Shown here: positions 19,251 through 28,574 of the stretch, in pieces
Position numbering within the stretch: the first letter of the stretch is position 1
Layout: each line of letters opens with the position of its first letter
Source of the DNA: Alphaproteobacteria bacterium
GTDB taxonomy: Bacteria > Pseudomonadota > Alphaproteobacteria > Zavarziniales > Zavarziniaceae
Direction: 5' to 3'
DNA length: 28,574 nucleotides
NCBI GenBank assembly: GCA_021774355.1
Contig: JAJFJE010000154.1
Coordinates: 1 to 28,574, forward strand
Notes under the pieces: model-generated
The model's input: only the letters and a program-made list of their open reading frames with translations
Told to the model about the DNA's origin: nothing
Database searches by the model: none
Program-made: the position numbers and the translations under genes

Positions 19251-20228
19251 CTACATATAGAGGGGTTCCGCCCCCAGGCCCTTGTACAGGTCGGCCACCG
19301 CCTCGGCATAGCCGTTGAACAGCAGGGTCGGAACCCGCTCGCCGGTCGCCAGCACGCGCTCGCTGGCCTGGGACCAGCGGGGATGGTCGACATTCGGATT
19401 CACATTGGCCCAGAAGCCGTATTCGCTGGGCCCGATGGCCTGCCAGAAATTGACCGGCCGTTCGTCCGTCAGGGTGACCTTGACGATCGATTTGATCGAT
19501 TTGAAGCCGTATTTCCAAGGCAGGGCAAGGCGCAGCGGGGTACCGAACTGGGCCGCCAGGGGCTGGCCGTAAATGCCCGTGACCAGGAAGGCCAGGTCAT
19601 TTGCCGCCTCGGCCAGGGTCATCCCCTCGACATAGGGCCAGGGATAGAAGGGCTGCTCCTGCAGCGGCGCGACAGCGGGATCCATAAAGGTCTCGAAGCG
19701 GACATAGCGGGCATCGGCCTGGGGGCCGACCAGGTCGAGCAGGGCTTTGAGCGGAAAGCCGGTCCAGGGCACCGCCATCGACCAGGCCTCGACACAGCGA
19801 TGGCGATAGAGCCGTTCCTCGAACTGGACCTTGGCGAACAGATCGTCGATCTCGAACCGGGTCGGCCGGTCGACCAGCCCGTCCACCGTCACCGTCCACG
19901 GGCGCGGCTGCAGCGCCGCCGCACGGCGCGAAATGCTCTTGCTGGTGCCGAATTCGTAGAAATTATTATAGTCCCAGACCGCATCCTTCGGCGTCACCGG
20001 GCGGTCGAGGAGATAGGCGTCGTTGCGCGTGGCCGGGTAGCGGCCAAGGCTGGGATCGGGCACCGCTTGGCCGTCCTCGGCCCGGGCGGCCGCGGCAAAG
20101 GGCCCCGATGCGGCCAGGGCACTGCCCGCCGCCAGGGCGCCGATCAGGCTGCGCCGGTTGAGATAGATCGCTTCGGGCGTCGCCGCCCGCTCGGGCAGGT
20201 GCCAGCTTGGGACATTCTTGATCAGCAT
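19251..20228 (-). CDS. msrP: Periplasmic methionine-sulfoxide reductase catalytic subunit MsrP (YedY)
   Basis: Start MLIKNVPSWHLPE; Tat-like NRRSLI; YNNFYEFG, RHRCVEAWSM, PWKYGFKSIKSI, YGFWANVNP, HPRWSQASER. Confidence 0.93.
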   Translation of the reverse strand: MLIKNVPSWHLPERAATPEAIYLNRRSLIGALAAGSALAASGPFAAAARAEDGQAVPDPSLGRYPATRNDAYLLDRPVTPKDAVWDYNNFYEFGTSKSISRRAAALQPRPWTVTVDGLVDRPTRFEIDDLFAKVQFEERLYRHRCVEAWSMAVPWTGFPLKALLDLVGPQADARYVRFETFMDPAVAPLQEQPFYPWPYVEGMTLAEAANDLAFLVTGIYGQPLAAQFGTPLRLALPWKYGFKSIKSIVKVTLTDERPVNFWQAIGPSEYGFWANVNPNVDHPRWSQASERVLATGERVPTLLFNGYAEAVADLYKGLGAEPLYM

Positions 20229-20280
20229 GCGCGCCGCTCCTCGGGTGACCTTCAGGGGTTCGTCGCAATCCGCCCTGGGG

Positions 20281-20880
20281 TTACGGCGCGGCCTGTCCCG
20301 GGCGGCGGCGCGCCGCCGCATCACCGCTCGCGCCGCCGCCCGGCGACCGGGAACCCGCATGCCGCCCGGAACAGCCGACCGTGGCGCGCAGCATCCAGGC
20401 GTGCTTTTCGCTGGCGCCGATGCGTTCGACCATCAGGTCCGCCGACACCACGTCGCCCAGTTCGCCAAGCTCCGACTCGGCCTTGCGCAGGCTGCGCACC
20501 AAGGCCTGCTGGCTGTCCAGAAGGTCGCGCACCATGTCTTCGCCGGTCAGCCCGCCCTGGGCTTCCTTGACCGTCGCCAGCTTGAGAAACTCGGCCAGGG
20601 TGCCGGGGGCCGTGTGGCCCAGGGCGCGGATCCGTTCGGCAAGGCCGTCGATCGCCCCGTGCATCTCGTCATACTGGCCCTCGAACAGGGTGTGGAGCTG
20701 GGAGAAATTCATCCCGCCGACGTTCCAGTGGTAATTATGGGTCTTCAGATAGACGGCGAAGCTGTCCGCCAGAGCCTTGCTCAAGAGGGTCGCCGCCGCC
20801 TTGCGGGCCGCATCGCTGAGGCCGAGATCGACCCCTATGTGATTGCCGTCGCGGCCCGCACCCTTGGTCGCCTTTTTCAT
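20281..20880 (-). CDS. dps: Dps/ferritin-like DNA protection protein with atypical 30-aa C-terminal tail
   Basis: YLKTHNYHWNV, LHTLFE.QY, D..AERIR.LG, EKHAWMLRA; AAGGAG RBS. Confidence 0.92.
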   Translation of the reverse strand: MKKATKGAGRDGNHIGVDLGLSDAARKAAATLLSKALADSFAVYLKTHNYHWNVGGMNFSQLHTLFEGQYDEMHGAIDGLAERIRALGHTAPGTLAEFLKLATVKEAQGGLTGEDMVRDLLDSQQALVRSLRKAESELGELGDVVSADLMVERIGASEKHAWMLRATVGCSGRHAGSRSPGGGASGDAAARRRPGQAAP

Positions 20881-20927
20881 TTCCGTCTCCTTGTTTAGCC
20901 AATTATATCTAGGCTATTGCCAAGATT

Positions 20928-25305
<4,378 letters not shown>

Positions 25306-25309
<4 letters not shown>

Positions 25310-26418
25310 CGGCCCTTCTCCGCCACCGGCGCGCCGTTGGTCAGGCGCCCCTGGCCTTCCACCACGACCGCCTCGCCAGCCGCGACGCCGGCCCCGACGG
25401 CACTGCGGGCGCCGTCCTCGCCGAGCACGGTGACGGCGCGGATGGCCGCCGTCTTGGCGGCCGAGACGACATAGACGAAAGCGCCGCCCGGGCCCTGCTG
25501 AATCGCCGCAGTCGGAATGACCGGCACCACCGGGTGCTGGCCGAGTTCGGCCGTCACCCGGACATATTGGCCCGGCCACAGGGCCAGGTCGCCATTCGCC
25601 ACCGTTGCCTTGACGGTCAGGGTGCCGCTGGCACCGTCGATCGTCGAATCGATGAAGTCGAGCCGGCCCTGCGCCAGCAGCCGGCCATCTTCCGCCGAAT
25701 GGACCGCGACCGGCGCCTGGGCCGCAAGCGCCCGGCGGACCTGGTCGACGAAACGGTCGGCGACGGTAAAGCGCACCCGCACCGGCGCCATCTGGGTCAG
25801 GGTGACCAGGGCCGCCGCGCCATTGGCCGATTTCGCCAGATTGCCCGGGGTGACCGCCACGGCGCCGGCGCGCCCTGCGATAGGCGCCCGGATCTCGCTA
25901 TAGCTGAGTTCGATCCGGTCGGCCTCGACCGTCGCCCGGCTGGCCTCGACCGTCGCCTCGGCCACCTTGGCCGCGGCAACCGCCGCGTCATAGAGCTGGC
26001 GGCTGCCCGCCCGATTGGCCAGCAGGGCGGTCGCCCGCTTCAATTCCGCGGGGGCCTGCACCGCGGCCGCCTGATCCCGGGCGAGGATCGCCTGGTCCCG
26101 GGCCAGGGCCGCCTTCAGGCTGCGATCGTCCAGGCGAAACAACAGCGCGTCCTTGTCGACCATCTGGCCGTCCTGGACCCTTTGCTCGACCACCTGGGCG
26201 TCGAGGCGGGCCTGCACCGCCACGGTCGCAACCGGCTCGACCCAGCCGACCGCTTCGAGCCGGATCGGCAGGGCCGCCATGGTCGCCTCGACGGTGACCA
26301 CCGGGGTGGGCGGCGGCGGCTTGGCCGCCAGGCCGGCGGTGGCGGTCTCTTCGGCGCGCAACTGCCACAGGGTGGCCAGCACGACCACAACCAGCATGGC
26401 AAGCACCAGGCGCCTCAT
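25306..26418 (-). CDS. RND efflux periplasmic adaptor (MFP, MdtA-like)
   Basis: N-terminal anchor, biotinyl-lipoyl segment, IRAPIAGRAG, LWPGQYV. Confidence 0.93.
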
Positions 26419-27038
26419 CCCAGCACCCCCGGCGCAGCAAGGCCCCGCACCAGCAGGCCGACCAGGCCGCTGGCGGCGGTCGCTGGATCGCCCGCGTTCT
26501 CGCGCAGCCCGGCCGCGACCATCCGGGCGGCACCGACAATCGCCCCGGCCGCCAGGGCCGGGTCGACCGGGCTGAACACGCCCTTGGCGATGCCGTCGGC
26601 GACCACGCCGGCCAGGGCCGCGCGCAGCCTGCGGGCGTGGCGGCGGATGATGGCGCGGCCGCGATCATCCAGGCCCTGGCCATTCTCGTCGACCGCCTTG
26701 ACCAGGGCGGCACAGCGTCCCATGACCCCGAGGATTTCCCCGATCGCCTGGGCAATGGCGGTGAGCGGCCGGCCCGCCGCCGTGTCGCGCGCCTGGGCCA
26801 CCCGGTTCACCAGGTCGCCCATCATGTCCTCCAGAACCTCGAGAAACAGCCCCTCCTTGGTCGCGAAATAGCGGTACAGGGTGGGCTTGGCCACGCCGGC
26901 GGCATGGGCAACATCCGACATATGGACCTGGCCATAGGGGCGCTCGGCGAACAGGCGGGTGGCGGCGTCGACAATCCGGTCGCGCCGTTCGGCCGACGCC
27001 GGCGCCTGATCGCCACAAACTGAACTCGCGAGTTTCAT
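26415..27038 (-). CDS. TetR/AcrR-family regulator leading the efflux operon
   Basis: RIVDAATRLFAERPY...VAHAAGVAKPTLYRYFATKEGLF. Start taken at ATG 27038; ATGA overlap with the MFP gene. Confidence 0.9.
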   Translation of the reverse strand: MKLASSVCGDQAPASAERRDRIVDAATRLFAERPYGQVHMSDVAHAAGVAKPTLYRYFATKEGLFLEVLEDMMGDLVNRVAQARDTAAGRPLTAIAQAIGEILGVMGRCAALVKAVDENGQGLDDRGRAIIRRHARRLRAALAGVVADGIAKGVFSPVDPALAAGAIVGAARMVAAGLRENAGDPATAASGLVGLLVRGLAAPGVLG

Positions 27039-27116
27039 CGACTCCACTGATAGTCCCGGCACCGCTTCCGATGCAATGGTGATTTGCACGGGCCGCGGCC
27101 CGGACCGCTGCGGCGC

Positions 27117-27145
27117 TGGCGACGGCGGCGACGGCGGCCTATAAC
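27117..27145 (+). promoter_or_regulatory. Putative uvrB promoter giving a leaderless mRNA
   Basis: TGGCGA-N17-TATAAC, then 6 nt to ATG 27152; no SD. Confidence 0.5.
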
Positions 27146-27151
27146 TCGGCC

Positions 27152-28574
27152 ATGGACGAGGCCAGCGCAACAACACCGGGCGAGCACGGGGCGGCGGCGG
27201 GGACTGCCCCCGCCCCCCTGTTCGTGCCCCATCGTCCGGCCCGGCCGGAAAAGAGCGAAGGCGGCCGACGCTTCGAACTGGTCTCGGCGTTTCAGCCCGC
27301 GGGCGACCAGCCGACTGCCATCGCCCAGCTGTTGACCGGTCTGGAAGAGGGCGAACGCAACCAGGTCCTGCTCGGGGTGACCGGATCGGGCAAGACCTTC
27401 ACGGTCGCCCAGGTGGTCGCCACGGTGCAGCGCCCGACCCTGGTGCTGGCACCCAACAAGACGCTGGCGGCGCAGCTCTATGGCGAGATGAAATCATTCT
27501 TCCCGAACAACGCCGTCGAGTATTTCGTCTCGTATTACGACTACTACCAGCCCGAGGCCTACGTCCCCCGCACCGACACCTATGTCGAGAAGGAATCGTC
27601 GATCAACGCCCAGATCGACCGCATGCGCCATTCCGCGACCCGGGCGCTGCTGGAGCGGGACGACGTGATCATCGTGGCGTCGGTCAGTTGCATCTACGGC
27701 ATCGGCTCGGTCGAGACCTATTCGGCCATGACCCTGTCGCTCGAGCGCGGCCAGACCGTCGACCGGGCGGCGCTGCTGCGCGACCTTGTCGCCCTGCAGT
27801 ACAAGCGCAACGACATGGCCTTTGCCCGCGGCGCCTTCCGGGCCCGGGGCGATGTCGTCGAGATCTTCCCGGCCCATTATGAAGACCGCGCCTGGCGCCT
27901 CTCCCTGTTCGGCGACGAGATCGAGAGCATTGCCGAATTCGACCCGCTGACCGGCGAGAAGGCGGCGGATCTCGATTTCGTCAAGCTCTACCCCAACAGC
28001 CACTATGTCACGCCCCGGCCGACCCTGCGCCAGGCGGGCAAGCTGATCCGCCGGGAACTGGACCAGCGCCTGGCCGAGTTCCGCCGGGACGGCAAGCTGC
28101 TGGAGGCGGAACGGCTGGAGCAGCGGACCAATTTCGATCTGGAAATGCTCGAGGCGACCGGATCCTGCGCCGGGATCGAGAATTATTCCCGCTACCTGAC
28201 CGGGCGCCGCCCGGGCGAGCCGCCGCCCACCCTGTTCGAATATCTGCCCGATAATGCGCTGGTCGTGATCGACGAGAGCCATGTCACCGTGCCCCAGATC
28301 GGCGGCATGGAGCGGGGCGACAACCGGCCGCTCAACATTGCCGAATGGGATGCCACGCGGCCGGACACCATTCTCGTTTCGGCCACGCCGGGCCAATGGG
28401 AGCTGGACCAGGCCGGCGGCGTCTTCGTCGAACAGGTGATCCGCCCGACCGGGCTGATCGATCCCCCCTGTTTCATCCGGCCGGTCGCCCACCAGGTCGA
28501 CGACCTGGTGGCGGAATGCCGGGCGGTGGCGGCCCAGGGCTACCGCGTCCTGGTCACCACTTTGACCAAGCGGA
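27152..28574 (+). CDS. uvrB: Excinuclease ABC subunit UvrB, 5' part (runs off window; not in ORF track); internal in-frame deletion
   Basis: Hand translation: [40 protein letters not shown] beta-hairpin, [17 protein letters not shown]; open to the window end. Confidence 0.96.
   Translation, partial: MDEASATTPGEHGAAAGTAPAPLFVPHRPARPEKSEGGRRFELVSAFQPAGDQPTAIAQLLTGLEEGERNQVLLGVTGSGKTFTVAQVVATVQRPTLVLAPNKTLAAQLYGEMKSFFPNNAVEYFVSYYDYYQPEAYVPRTDTYVEKESSINAQIDRMRHSATRALLERDDVIIVASVSCIYGIGSVETYSAMTLSLERGQTVDRAALLRDLVALQYKRNDMAFARGAFRARGDVVEIFPAHYEDRAWRLSLFGDEIESIAEFDPLTGEKAADLDFVKLYPNSHYVTPRPTLRQAGKLIRRELDQRLAEFRRDGKLLEAERLEQRTNFDLEMLEATGSCAGIENYSRYLTGRRPGEPPPTLFEYLPDNALVVIDESHVTVPQIGGMERGDNRPLNIAEWDATRPDTILVSATPGQWELDQAGGVFVEQVIRPTGLIDPPCFIRPVAHQVDDLVAECRAVAAQGYRVLVTTLTKR

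Overview
High-GC (~70%) alphaproteobacterial chromosomal window; gene order suggests a Rhodospirillales/Rhizobiales-like organism (inference). Left 5.7 kb: a pseudaminic-acid (Pse) type glycosylation locus with the 3' end of pseI, a stand-alone formyltransferase and a HAD phosphatase on +, converging on pseC, pseB and a membrane-anchored sugar-transfer-associated ATP-grasp protein on -. Then flavin reductase, nitronate monooxygenase-family protein, malonyl-CoA synthetase, and a lower-GC Fic toxin plus small antitoxin-like pair. The core block is carA-carB-greA, lrp, trxB and a VtlR/LsrB-like LysR, followed by a strong small-RNA candidate, terC, msrP, dps, aatA, a tetR-MFP-RND efflux operon and the 5' part of uvrB. 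As written, carB and trxB each carry an in-frame stop at a conserved Tyr, uvrB lacks about 19 conserved residues, dps seems to have lost its stop, and several invariant residues elsewhere are altered, so read-level validation is needed. No tRNA, rRNA, CRISPR array or transposase was recognised. Family assignments come from recalled motifs; no database search was run.
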